From: a virus
Lineage: Duplodnaviria > Caudoviricetes
Strand: one strand, 5' to 3'
Virus record (IMG/VR): IMGVR_UViG_3300027759_000001
Length of the DNA stretch: 64,000 bases
Both the position numbers and the translations under genes were made by a program. The notes under the pieces are model-generated. The model made no database searches. It was not told the origin of the DNA and saw only the letters and a list, made by a program, of their open reading frames with translations. Below are positions 9,460 to 18,451 of this stretch, one piece after another. Each line of letters opens with the position of its first letter. The stretch's first letter is position 1.

Positions 9460-10626
9460 ATGTCAGAGGAACACAAATTATCACCATTCTTTAAAAGAAG
9501 GATTGACCATCATAAGTTTGAAAAAATGATGAGGAAAGGTATTATCTATATGTATCAAGAATCAAATTCCCTTGAAGAATTTAAATTTAAGTTAGTTAAA
9601 GCAACATTAGAAAATTATATTTATTATAAATATAATATTGATATTGAAGATTTACCTCACAATGATGTGGATAATTTTATTGATTATATGGTTGATACTT
9701 ATGAACCTGTACTTAAGATGTATTATTATAATGAAAGAAAAAATAGTGGTAATATAAATGAAAATTATAGTCCAGCAGGAAAAGAAATTACACCAAACAA
9801 AATTGTTATACATAAATCTAACCCAAAGTTTAGAGATATAATATCAAATGAAGGGTTAAAAGTAAGGGCTGGAGAATGTTATAAAATATATGCAGGTTAT
9901 GGTGAAAAATGTATACCAGCAATCTTTGCAACTAACTCAATAAATAAAAGAGCATCGTTTGATTCCACATATGATGACGATGTTTGGGAAATTGATACTG
10001 AAATGATACCTGATGTTAAGTGGTACAAAGATAAACACTATGAATCAAGATCAAAACATATAGTAACATTTGAAAACATACCTGCAGATGCAATAACATT
10101 AAAACATGAAGGTACAGGTAAGGATTGGGGATTAATGGAATCAACTAATGATGATAAGTTAAGTAAAGAAACAATGGTGGGTACATTTCAAGACATTGTT
10201 GAGGAAACGTTGGAGGAAATTAGAAATATTTGTGAAGTACTTGATATAGATACTTTCCCTGGTTGGTTGTCGTTTGATGGTTGTGATGTTGTTGATACTA
10301 TAGATAAAATAACTATTGTAAATATAGAAAGAAAAAAAGGTATAAGTAGAATTCCTATGTTTGAAGTTGATGTAAATCTGACGCTTAATGGTATTTGGGG
10401 AGGAATTGATTATGATGATTTTATTTATACTATTTCGGATAGAATAATTGGTAAATGGAAGATACATTTAATTTTTAATATTAAAGAACAGGAGAATAGT
10501 AATAAACGAGAAATGTGGGAATACGCAAGGACACTAAAAAATGCAAGAACTCAGGGATCCAAATTAAGGTTCTCTAAGTCTGCAGTCAAAGCAAACCCTA
10601 TGAGGTTTAGACCATACAATAGATGA
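9460..10626 (+). CDS. Multidomain protein: RR-domain + ADP-ribosyltransferase-like domain + acidic domain
   Basis: FFKRRI N-domain; HKS......I..EGL...IFAT...WEID...IP.DAI middle domain bounded by NINE and GLME. Confidence 0.55.
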   Translation: MSEEHKLSPFFKRRIDHHKFEKMMRKGIIYMYQESNSLEEFKFKLVKATLENYIYYKYNIDIEDLPHNDVDNFIDYMVDTYEPVLKMYYYNERKNSGNINENYSPAGKEITPNKIVIHKSNPKFRDIISNEGLKVRAGECYKIYAGYGEKCIPAIFATNSINKRASFDSTYDDDVWEIDTEMIPDVKWYKDKHYESRSKHIVTFENIPADAITLKHEGTGKDWGLMESTNDDKLSKETMVGTFQDIVEETLEEIRNICEVLDIDTFPGWLSFDGCDVVDTIDKITIVNIERKKGISRIPMFEVDVNLTLNGIWGGIDYDDFIYTISDRIIGKWKIHLIFNIKEQENSNKREMWEYARTLKNARTQGSKLRFSKSAVKANPMRFRPYNR

Positions 10627-11213
10627 AAGAGTTAATTAGAAAAATATTGAAGGAAGAAAGAATGAACCCAATCAAAAAGTTCTTCTTTAATCATTGGGAT
10701 GAAATAAGATCCGAAGGGGAATACCCAACTATTGATTATAGTTTAATTGGTAAACTTGGATTTAGAAAAAAAGCAATAGAAATACATGATTACTATCTTG
10801 AATACATTGGTGGTGAAGGTATTGGTGAAGAAAAATTATTAGATTTTTTGTCAAATCAAACATTTGATTCTAGTGAACTAAATTTCAGAAGACACTGGGA
10901 TGATGAAGATTTAAAATTTACGTTTAAGTTAAGTAATGTTCGTATTACTAATGATAGAGATGGGGATAAAAACATTGATGCGGATGCGGACATACTTGAG
11001 GGTTATATTAATATGACAGAGTATAATGATATAGAGGACGAACATTATCAAAACAGGTATGATATTTCAAGGGGTAATAACGAAATAGATGATATGTCCT
11101 CTTACTTTGAGGTTCAGGATGAACTTAGGGCAATAATTCAATCATTTATTATTGATTTTGCAATAAAATATGGTACAGAAATTACCGAAGCTGAGGTTGA
11201 ATTATTAAAATAA
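10623..11213 (+). CDS. LIRKILKEE-leader hypothetical protein, paralog of 11438..11992
   Basis: MKELIRKILKEERMNPIKKFFFNHWDE. Confidence 0.75.
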   Translation: MKELIRKILKEERMNPIKKFFFNHWDEIRSEGEYPTIDYSLIGKLGFRKKAIEIHDYYLEYIGGEGIGEEKLLDFLSNQTFDSSELNFRRHWDDEDLKFTFKLSNVRITNDRDGDKNIDADADILEGYINMTEYNDIEDEHYQNRYDISRGNNEIDDMSSYFEVQDELRAIIQSFIIDFAIKYGTEITEAEVELLK

Positions 11214-11236
11214 TTTGTATATTTGTATTATTAATC

Positions 11237-11377
11237 ATGTCTAACAATATACAAACATACAAAAAGATGAAAACTATAGAGATCACAATTCAAGAAATCT
11301 GGGCGGCAACAAGACCTATTGTTCAGAAGAGCAAGAAATCTTACACTCGTAAGAGAAAACATAAGAATGTGGATTAA
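11237..11377 (+). CDS. Small basic protein (alternative start 11267), weak ArfA-like motif
   Basis: Manual translation ...RPIVQKSKKSYTRKRKHKNVD; TATATTTG at 11218-11225; hairpin/T-run downstream. Confidence 0.55.
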   Translation: MSNNIQTYKKMKTIEITIQEIWAATRPIVQKSKKSYTRKRKHKNVD

Positions 11378-11437
11378 TTCCATTGACCTGATAAACTACG
11401 TCTCAGGTTTTGTTTTTTTATGATATTTATAATTTAT

Positions 11438-11992
11438 ATGAAAGATTTAATCAGAAAAATATTAAGGGAAGAAAAGGTTAATCCTGTAAAGAAATATTTC
11501 TTTGATCTTTGGGATGAACAGAAATCATTAGGTGATACACCAAGATACGATAAGAAGATGGTAAAGAGGCTTGGTTTTAGTACAAAACAAAGGGACATAA
11601 TGGGTTACTACAGAGAATATATGGGTAATGTTTATGACATGAGAAAAGATTTTGAAAGATATCTAACTAGTAAAAAAGAATTAACCACAGACGATATGGA
11701 AGATGAGGGTATTCATACAGGTGGATATGATTTTTCATTTAAATTTCCATATGTTTTTGTAAGAGAAGAAAATAATCAAGTTGAGATATTTGTTGATTTT
11801 GATATTACTCACGGTAGTGTTACTTTAATGACAAACGGTGAGGAATATGATTTAACTGATCACGAATCAATTGAGGATGATCTTTGGTTAGAACTTAGTT
11901 CAGAAATACAAGATATGATACAAGATTTTGTTGTGGCAACTGCGAACTCATTTGGTGTGGAATTTTATGACGTATATGTTCAATGGGGTTAA
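11438..11992 (+). CDS. LIRKILREE-leader hypothetical protein, paralog of 10623..11213 (start revised)
   Basis: MKDLIRKILREEKVNPVKKYFFDLWDE; TATTTAT upstream. Confidence 0.75.
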   Translation: MKDLIRKILREEKVNPVKKYFFDLWDEQKSLGDTPRYDKKMVKRLGFSTKQRDIMGYYREYMGNVYDMRKDFERYLTSKKELTTDDMEDEGIHTGGYDFSFKFPYVFVREENNQVEIFVDFDITHGSVTLMTNGEEYDLTDHESIEDDLWLELSSEIQDMIQDFVVATANSFGVEFYDVYVQWG

Positions 11993-12375
11993 GCGTACCA
12001 ATTAGTTGGAGTAACTTCATTAGTTAATGGATTGATATCAATCTTACAATTTTGTGGTAATAAAGAACTAAATGTTCCACGGAACATATTCACCAATTCA
12101 TCACACCATATCTTATCTACATGACATTTACAAATAACATCAATTCTTAACACATAATCTGTAGCATGAACTATCATCTCAAAATCGCTATATTCGTTAG
12201 AAGTAATACGCCTACCTTCATATCTTACCGTTGGTTTATCAAGTTTTTTAAGGTTGATAGATCTAACATTATATACCACACCGTTACTCATCTCAACTAA
12301 GAAATCCTGGAATAAATGAAATCGTCTCTCAAGGTTCATAATTACAATTATAATAACCACGTATAACATAATCAA
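11989..12375 (-). CDS. Hypothetical protein (start uncertain)
   Basis: 128 aa ORF filling the gap between + strand genes. Confidence 0.5.
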   Translation of the reverse strand: MIMLYVVIIIVIMNLERRFHLFQDFLVEMSNGVVYNVRSINLKKLDKPTVRYEGRRITSNEYSDFEMIVHATDYVLRIDVICKCHVDKIWCDELVNMFRGTFSSLLPQNCKIDINPLTNEVTPTNWYA

Positions 12376-12417
12376 ATACTATTCTGTTAAAACAATTTTT
12401 AAATATATTTATACTAT

Positions 12418-13110
12418 ATGAAAGAACGTTTTAATCCGTTTATTATTAGGAGACTGAAACAAATTGATGATCTTGTTGATGAGGTTTACCATGAGGTAAC
12501 ACCTTGTGATTACGATGAAGATAAGTTTTATATGTACTTCAGGGAGATAACTAATTGGGTGGTAGAAAACTTTGTAAATAATAACAATTTAGGAGACGAT
12601 GATATTGCAATTGATTTACATCATTTCATAAGAGAAAGATATTTTGATGAGTTTTTAGATTACTTTGATAATGCACAATTAAGTTGTAATGAATCTTTAA
12701 ATGAATCTGAGGATTTAGGTGATTTTAATTATAATAATAACGAAGAAAAGAAATTGGATAAAAAAAAAGTAACTCCTTCAGATTTAAAAAAGATTGAATT
12801 TATTGCCGATTATATTGAGATGGTAAGTGGTGAATATTTAAATAGGTCAAATTATAAACCTTGTTTTGTTTCAGTTCAAGCGGGACATAATAAATTTTAT
12901 ATAGTTGTAATTGTTACTGATAAAAAATATACTTTGGAAGGATACGAAAAATTCATTAATGAAAAATTACATAAAACATTCAAAGGGATGGACATTTATG
13001 TTTTATTAATTGATAATAAATATGACGATGGTGATAGTATTCCTAAAAGTTGTGATGATTATTTTAACCATATACCTAAACTTCCTAATACAATTACTAT
13101 AGAATTTTAA
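12418..13110 (+). CDS. RR-domain protein with second domain after NESLNES linker
   Basis: IIRRL...TPCDY...; internal LNE motifs. Confidence 0.7.
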   Translation: MKERFNPFIIRRLKQIDDLVDEVYHEVTPCDYDEDKFYMYFREITNWVVENFVNNNNLGDDDIAIDLHHFIRERYFDEFLDYFDNAQLSCNESLNESEDLGDFNYNNNEEKKLDKKKVTPSDLKKIEFIADYIEMVSGEYLNRSNYKPCFVSVQAGHNKFYIVVIVTDKKYTLEGYEKFINEKLHKTFKGMDIYVLLIDNKYDDGDSIPKSCDDYFNHIPKLPNTITIEF

Positions 13111-13113
13111 AAA

Positions 13114-13716
13114 ATGAGAGATATAATTAAAAAAGTATTAAAAGAAGAAGACGAAAGACAAAGATACATCAAATCTACAGATAGTCTTAGAAAAGTTATC
13201 ACATTATTTCTTAATGATTATATTGAGGATGGTAATAGAATAATAGGTAAAAAATCTCGTAACTATGGTAATCTTCGCGAGGATTGGTGTGTTAACGGTA
13301 AAGAAGTTATTACCGCAATATACTATTACGAAGACGGTAAATTTGATAATGGTACATTACTGATATCATGGGTATTAGTGAAAAAAATAATGAAAATTTT
13401 TAACACAAGAAAAAACTTTGTGATGAGTATAATAGAGGAATGGTATGAAGATACTATGATTCCAAAGTTTGAACAAATAGTTGGTGAAACAGGTTTTTAT
13501 TTTGATGATGTTGATCTATATGATGGAGACCACGATTGTATTCCTGAACCAGTTAAACCTGAAAATATTACAGATGAAGAAATGCTTGAGTTTATTGTAG
13601 ATAATACCGCTTATCGTAGAGATGAGGTTATTAATAAAATTGAATCAGGTGAAAGAGACCTTGAAGATTTTTATTTGGATATTGTTCATACTGTTGAAAA
13701 TAAAAAAAGATACTAG
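13114..13716 (+). CDS. IIKKVLKEE-leader hypothetical protein
   Basis: MRDIIKKVLKEED. Confidence 0.7.
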   Translation: MRDIIKKVLKEEDERQRYIKSTDSLRKVITLFLNDYIEDGNRIIGKKSRNYGNLREDWCVNGKEVITAIYYYEDGKFDNGTLLISWVLVKKIMKIFNTRKNFVMSIIEEWYEDTMIPKFEQIVGETGFYFDDVDLYDGDHDCIPEPVKPENITDEEMLEFIVDNTAYRRDEVINKIESGERDLEDFYLDIVHTVENKKRY

Positions 13717-13779
13717 TAAAGTTGATTATTAAATTGTTAAGTGATATGTTAAGTGTAATGTGAATTATATTTATTATAT

Positions 13780-14502
13780 ATGGATTTAAACAAATTAATA
13801 ACGATTGTAATACCTTGTAAGAATGAGAAGGATATTATATTAAAAACCTTAGATCTCTTAAATCATCAAAAAAACATACAGGGAGTAAAAGTAATTGTTT
13901 GTGATGCATCAAATGATGGTGTAACAAAACTTGACCTATTGAATAGATTAGAGTATCAGCACAGAACCGATATGTTTGATTTACATTTAATGGATGGAGG
14001 TCTTCCAGCAAAAGCAAGAAACAACGGATTTAAAATTGTAACAACACCATATGTGTTGTTTATGGACGCTGACGTATTTCTATTAGATCCAAAGGTACTA
14101 AAAAGATCAGTAGTAAGAATACATAGATACCATTTAGATCTAGTAACGGCAAAGTTCCGTTCGGACAATGGAAGATATAACTACGTATATAAGGTATTTG
14201 ATTTAATACAAACACTTTCCAAGTGGTCAACACCATTCTGTCTAGGTGGATATATGTTAGTTCGTTCAGAGACGTTTAAATCAATCGGAGGTTTTGATGA
14301 AGAGATTAAAGTAGCAGAAGATTATATGTTTTCAAAACAAATCAAACCAAAGAAATTTGGAAGAATAAACAATATTGTATATACACCACCAAGAAGATTT
14401 GAAAACAAAGGTGTAATGTATATGTTAAGACTTATGTTGTCATCATTTTTTAATAGTAACAATAAAGAATACTTTACAAACGACAAAGGTTATTGGAAAT
14501 GA
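13780..14502 (+). CDS. Glycosyltransferase family 2
   Basis: IVIPCKNE, VIVCD.S.DG, ARNNG, LFMDAD, IGGFDE...AED motifs. Confidence 0.9.
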   Translation: MDLNKLITIVIPCKNEKDIILKTLDLLNHQKNIQGVKVIVCDASNDGVTKLDLLNRLEYQHRTDMFDLHLMDGGLPAKARNNGFKIVTTPYVLFMDADVFLLDPKVLKRSVVRIHRYHLDLVTAKFRSDNGRYNYVYKVFDLIQTLSKWSTPFCLGGYMLVRSETFKSIGGFDEEIKVAEDYMFSKQIKPKKFGRINNIVYTPPRRFENKGVMYMLRLMLSSFFNSNNKEYFTNDKGYWK

Positions 14503-15212
14503 AAAAGTGGAGAACAATTATAATGAGTGATTTGCACTTAGGTGCAAGACAATCACAAACAAATAAGATATTAAAATTCTTAGAAGAGAATGAATCTGAA
14601 ACACTAATATTAAATGGTGATATTATAGATGGATGGGCATTAAAGGGTGGTGGTAAATGGAAAAAAGAATGTTCAAAGGTATTCAGACGTTTTATGAAAC
14701 GATCAGAAGAGGGAACAAAGGTAGTTTATATCAGAGGAAATCACGATGACTTTTTAAAACCATTTGTTCCGTTCTTATTAAACAACATAGAGATTGTTAG
14801 AAAATACACACACATTGGTGCGGACGGAAGAAGTTACTATTGTTTTCATGGGGATGTATTGGACTTTGTTATTATGAAAGTAAGATGGTTGGCGGTTCTT
14901 GGTGGATGGTCATATGATTTGATTATTAGATTAAATACAATATACAACTATATCAGGAGAAAGTTTAACTTACAATACCATTCCTTAGCAAATGATATAA
15001 AACAATCTGTAAAGGGAGCAATCAACTTTGTATCTGATTTTGAGGATAACGCAAAAGGTTTAACAAAACAAAAAGGATTTGATGTTGCGGTATGTGGGCA
15101 CATCCATCAACCTAAGTTAGATGTGGACTATATGAACTCAGGTGATTTCTGTGAGAACTCAACTTGTCTTGTTGAAGATTTTAATGGTAATTGGAAAATA
15201 TTAGAAATTTAA
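14499..15212 (+). CDS. plcP: LpxH-like metallophosphoesterase, PlcP-type phospholipase C candidate
   Basis: SDLHLG, GDIIDGW, GNHD, HGD, CGHIH motifs; RWLA.LG..Y and K..VK.A..F...FE segments typical of PlcP/LpxH2; ATGA-coupled to GT2. Confidence 0.7.
   Translation: MKKWRTIIMSDLHLGARQSQTNKILKFLEENESETLILNGDIIDGWALKGGGKWKKECSKVFRRFMKRSEEGTKVVYIRGNHDDFLKPFVPFLLNNIEIVRKYTHIGADGRSYYCFHGDVLDFVIMKVRWLAVLGGWSYDLIIRLNTIYNYIRRKFNLQYHSLANDIKQSVKGAINFVSDFEDNAKGLTKQKGFDVAVCGHIHQPKLDVDYMNSGDFCENSTCLVEDFNGNWKILEI
15108..15199 (+). repeat. 92-bp direct repeat, copy 1 (3' end of metallophosphoesterase gene)
   Basis: Matches 16445..16536 with 4 mismatches counted by eye. Confidence 0.95.
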
Positions 15213-15275
15213 TTTTTATTTGTAAAACCTATTTTCTTTGTGGATTTAAATCCCTATCATTAAAATAAAAATCAT

Positions 15276-15845
15276 ATGAAAAATTTAATCTTTTCTTTAT
15301 TCGTGAGTTTATTTACACTCATGAGTTTTTCACAAACACCTATTGATGTTTATGTTATTAATCCTAACGGATGTCCTTATAGTATTACAAGTACATGGAC
15401 AAGTCCTTTTGGTGGTGGTAACTCAACTATAATTTCAGTAGATAGTTTAATAAATCAAGATGTATGGCATTTGGAAGTTGCAGATTCTAGCAATCAAACA
15501 ATGATAACGGTATGTACAGTTCCAGCACCACCTTGTAATTGCCCTATTGAATGTATGGGACCAATTACTGTTACCCCAAACATGGCAATCACATTAATAC
15601 TTTGTAATACTATAAATGTTGACGAATTAAATGTTTTAACAATTGAAAACCCAATGGAGGGAGTAGTTGTATTCCCACTTTCTGAACCAACTAATTTTTA
15701 TTTAATTAACTCAGAAGGAAAAATTATTAAGTGGTTAAAAAACACCACATCAGTGTCTTTTAATTCGGAAGAGTTACCTTCAGGTTTTTACCATTTAATT
15801 TTGGAAACTCAAACAACTAAAAGAATATATAAACTATTAAAATAA
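15276..15845 (+). CDS. Signal-peptide protein with T9SS type-A-like C-terminal sorting domain
   Basis: MKNLIFSLFVSLFTLMSFSQ signal; LINSEGK...LPSGFYHLIL...KLLK terminus. Confidence 0.6.
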   Translation: MKNLIFSLFVSLFTLMSFSQTPIDVYVINPNGCPYSITSTWTSPFGGGNSTIISVDSLINQDVWHLEVADSSNQTMITVCTVPAPPCNCPIECMGPITVTPNMAITLILCNTINVDELNVLTIENPMEGVVVFPLSEPTNFYLINSEGKIIKWLKNTTSVSFNSEELPSGFYHLILETQTTKRIYKLLK

Positions 15846-15851
15846 AAAAAA

Positions 15852-16403
15852 ATGAAACAACTTGTAATTGACCAAGCCCATTCTGATTTGGGATTTAAAA
15901 TCAGACACCTTATGGTTTCTAATATAAAAGGAACCTTAAAAAACTATTCTGGTGGAATGAACTACACTATGGAAGATATGGGAGATGCCCAAATTCGTTT
16001 TGAGGCCGAGGTTAACTCAATCTCAACAGGAAATAGTGACAGAGACACACACCTTAACGCAGAAGACTTCTTTAATACGGAAAGATTCCCAAGAATGTAT
16101 TTTGAATCAACCTATTTAAATATTACTGATGGTAAAATGAAAGGTGAAATGACAATCAAAGATACAACTAAAATTATTGATTTGATTGTTGATTATAATG
16201 GAAAATCAGTTGATCCTTGGGGTAATACAAAACATGGGTTTGAAATTACAGGTGTTATTAATCGATCTGATTTTGATCTTACTTGGAATGCAACACTTGA
16301 GACAGGTGGTGTGTTGTTGGGTGATGAGGTTAAGTTAAATTTGGATGTTCAGATGATGGAATTAGTTGGTGAAACGGAACCACAAACTGAAATCGCAGAA
16401 TAA
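15852..16403 (+). CDS. yceI: YceI family protein
   Basis: D.AHS..GFKIRHLMVS..KG; SISTGNSDRD.HL...DFF; G..NRSDFDLTWN. Confidence 0.9.
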   Translation: MKQLVIDQAHSDLGFKIRHLMVSNIKGTLKNYSGGMNYTMEDMGDAQIRFEAEVNSISTGNSDRDTHLNAEDFFNTERFPRMYFESTYLNITDGKMKGEMTIKDTTKIIDLIVDYNGKSVDPWGNTKHGFEITGVINRSDFDLTWNATLETGGVLLGDEVKLNLDVQMMELVGETEPQTEIAE

Positions 16404-16444
16404 TATAATTTTAGTAAAACAATAAAATATAAAATCCCTACTTA

Positions 16445-16536
16445 CAACCTAAGTTAGATGTGGACTATATGAATTCAGGTGATTTCTGTGAGAACTCAAC
16501 TTGTCTTGTAGAAGATTTTGATGGTAACTGGAAAAT
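16445..16536 (+). pseudogene. Orphan 3' fragment of the metallophosphoesterase gene (direct repeat copy 2)
   Basis: Encodes ...QPKLDVDYMNSGDFCENSTCLVEDFDGNWK with no 5' part. Confidence 0.85.
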
Positions 16537-16561
16537 TATCACAGTAAAATAACAAAAAACT

Positions 16562-16593
16562 TTTGTAAACACAAACTAAATTTCATATATTTG
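16562..16593 (+). promoter_or_regulatory. Bacteroidota sigma-A type promoter
   Basis: TTTG, 20-nt spacer, TATATTTG; ATG 4 nt downstream. Confidence 0.7.
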
Positions 16594-16597
16594 TTGT

Positions 16598-17080
16598 ATG
16601 AATATTTTTCTATTAGATACAGATACAAAAAAATGTGCACAATATCATTGTGATAAACACGTAGTAAAGATGATATTAGAAACCGCTCAGTTATTGTGTG
16701 GTGTTCATCATATGACCGACCAAGTAACCGACCAAGTACCGTACAAGTTATCACACAAAAATCATCCCTGTGCAATATGGTCAAGAGAATCTCTATCAAA
16801 TTATTTATACCTATGTGATTTAGGTTTGGAGTTATGTAAAGAATATACATATCGTTATGGTAAAAGACATAAGTCTCAGGATGTAATAGAATGGTGTGTC
16901 ACAAATAAACCCAACATTTGTGACAAAGAATTTACAGAGCCCGCACGAGCAATGCCAAATGAGTATAAAGTTGATAGTGTGGTAGAATCATATAGAAATT
17001 ATTACATAGGTGAGAAATCAAAGATTGCCGTATGGAAGAATAGAGAGATCCCTGAATGGTTTAAAATGGAATTGGTGTAA
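16598..17080 (+). CDS. Pyrimidine-dimer DNA glycosylase-like protein
   Basis: MNIF.LD....CAQYHCDKHVVKMILE.AQLL; HKNHPC..W motifs. Confidence 0.7.
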   Translation: MNIFLLDTDTKKCAQYHCDKHVVKMILETAQLLCGVHHMTDQVTDQVPYKLSHKNHPCAIWSRESLSNYLYLCDLGLELCKEYTYRYGKRHKSQDVIEWCVTNKPNICDKEFTEPARAMPNEYKVDSVVESYRNYYIGEKSKIAVWKNREIPEWFKMELV

Positions 17081-17101
17081 GTATATTATCAACCAATGAT
17101 A

Positions 17102-17108
17102 TATTTAT
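17102..17108 (+). promoter_or_regulatory. Representative TATTTAT motif (putative phage late promoter), recurring before dozens of genes on both strands
   Basis: 4-6 nt before ATG at 4960, 17113, 19993, 25925, 35464, 38742, 40040, 40383, 40581, 41768, 42463, 54497, 61456. Confidence 0.6.
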
Positions 17109-17112
17109 TACT

Positions 17113-17958
17113 ATGAACTTACAAGAGAACATACAAAGAATTAGATCAATGATGGGTCTCAGGGAAGAAACTGAGATAAAAGATATTGATATGGATATTT
17201 CTTACAAATACGATCCAAAAGTAATTGAAATTCAAAAAGAATTAACCAATAAAGGATATTATATTGGAAAATTTGGTGATGATAAAGATGGTATTGACGG
17301 AATATATGGTCCAATTACAAAGGCGGCACATGAATCTTACAAAAAAGAAATACCACCAGAAGAGTTTGAATCAAAAAAAACTGAAATGGCTAAAGAGTAT
17401 GTAGATGAAGTGGATGTTAGTGATTTAAAAGAATTTAAATTTCATAAAATACCTGGAGGAACAAATAATTGGAGATCGGCTCAAATAACCGCAGATGTAT
17501 TACCTTCAGTAATTAAAAAATATGGTATAAAAAATATTATCAGAATGAGTGGTGATGACGAAAAACATAAAAGTGATCACCCTAAAACATCTTTAGATAC
17601 TGAACAAAAAATATGTGAAGAAAATGATTGTACTTACCATTTTATTAATGCTCATAGTGGATATAAATTAGGTAAAGGTTATACTAAATCAATACAAAAA
17701 ATTAATGACATTTTAAATCAAGGTAATACATTAATTCACTGTGCTCACGGTGCTGATAGAACTGGAGGAATGGTTGGTGCTTATCTTAAAAATAATGGTT
17801 ATATGACAGATAAAGATGAATTATGGAAATATACCACACAATTTAATAGTTGGCAAAGCTTAATTAATAATAATAATTTTTTTGGAAGTGGTTACGACAA
17901 ATATGCCGACGGATTTTACCCTATCTCAGAATTAAAAAATTCAAAATGGGTTAAATAA
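17113..17958 (+). CDS. MNLQE leader + peptidoglycan-binding domain + CX5R (tyrosine/dual-specificity) phosphatase
   Basis: IQKEL...GY...DGIDGIYGPITKAA; WRSAQ; IHCAHGADRTG P-loop. Confidence 0.8.
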   Translation: MNLQENIQRIRSMMGLREETEIKDIDMDISYKYDPKVIEIQKELTNKGYYIGKFGDDKDGIDGIYGPITKAAHESYKKEIPPEEFESKKTEMAKEYVDEVDVSDLKEFKFHKIPGGTNNWRSAQITADVLPSVIKKYGIKNIIRMSGDDEKHKSDHPKTSLDTEQKICEENDCTYHFINAHSGYKLGKGYTKSIQKINDILNQGNTLIHCAHGADRTGGMVGAYLKNNGYMTDKDELWKYTTQFNSWQSLINNNNFFGSGYDKYADGFYPISELKNSKWVK

Positions 17959-17968
17959 AAGATATAAT

Positions 17969-18451
17969 ATGACCTTACAAGAATCCATAAGAAAAGTATT
18001 AAGGGAAGAATCAATACAAGATAGTTTGTTTGACATGATTAAAACCGATGGATTTAAAAAGGCAGCAAAAGCCGTTGGTGGTGGTAAAAGATTAATGAAG
18101 ATATTAAATATTGATGATGAAGATCTTGATGAATTTATATACCAATATCTAACGGATAATCTACATCCTGATTATAATTGGGGACCCAAATTACACAATT
18201 TATATAAAGAAGATGTAAAAAAATATGGAATTTATGAATTTTCAATAAACGATAAGTATCGTTATGCGTATCTTGGTGAATGGGATGGTTATGATTACTT
18301 ATACACTTTAGTAATTAGTGAATGGGCGAATAACGAATTAACATCATTATTTGGTGATAAATGGATTCCTGTATTTAAAAGATGGTTTGAGTATAACTCA
18401 GGTCTTGAAGTTAGGAAAATAGATTTAAAAAATAGATATTTACATTTATGA
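17969..18451 (+). CDS. MNLQE-type leader hypothetical protein
   Basis: MTLQESIRKVLREESIQDSL..MIKTDG shared with next gene. Confidence 0.75.
   Translation: MTLQESIRKVLREESIQDSLFDMIKTDGFKKAAKAVGGGKRLMKILNIDDEDLDEFIYQYLTDNLHPDYNWGPKLHNLYKEDVKKYGIYEFSINDKYRYAYLGEWDGYDYLYTLVISEWANNELTSLFGDKWIPVFKRWFEYNSGLEVRKIDLKNRYLHL

Noticed and set aside
16716-16741. 12-bp tandem duplication (TDQV x2) in the glycosylase-like gene; also NMG repeats near 58600
   Set aside because: In-frame slippage in variable segments with no sign of a larger system
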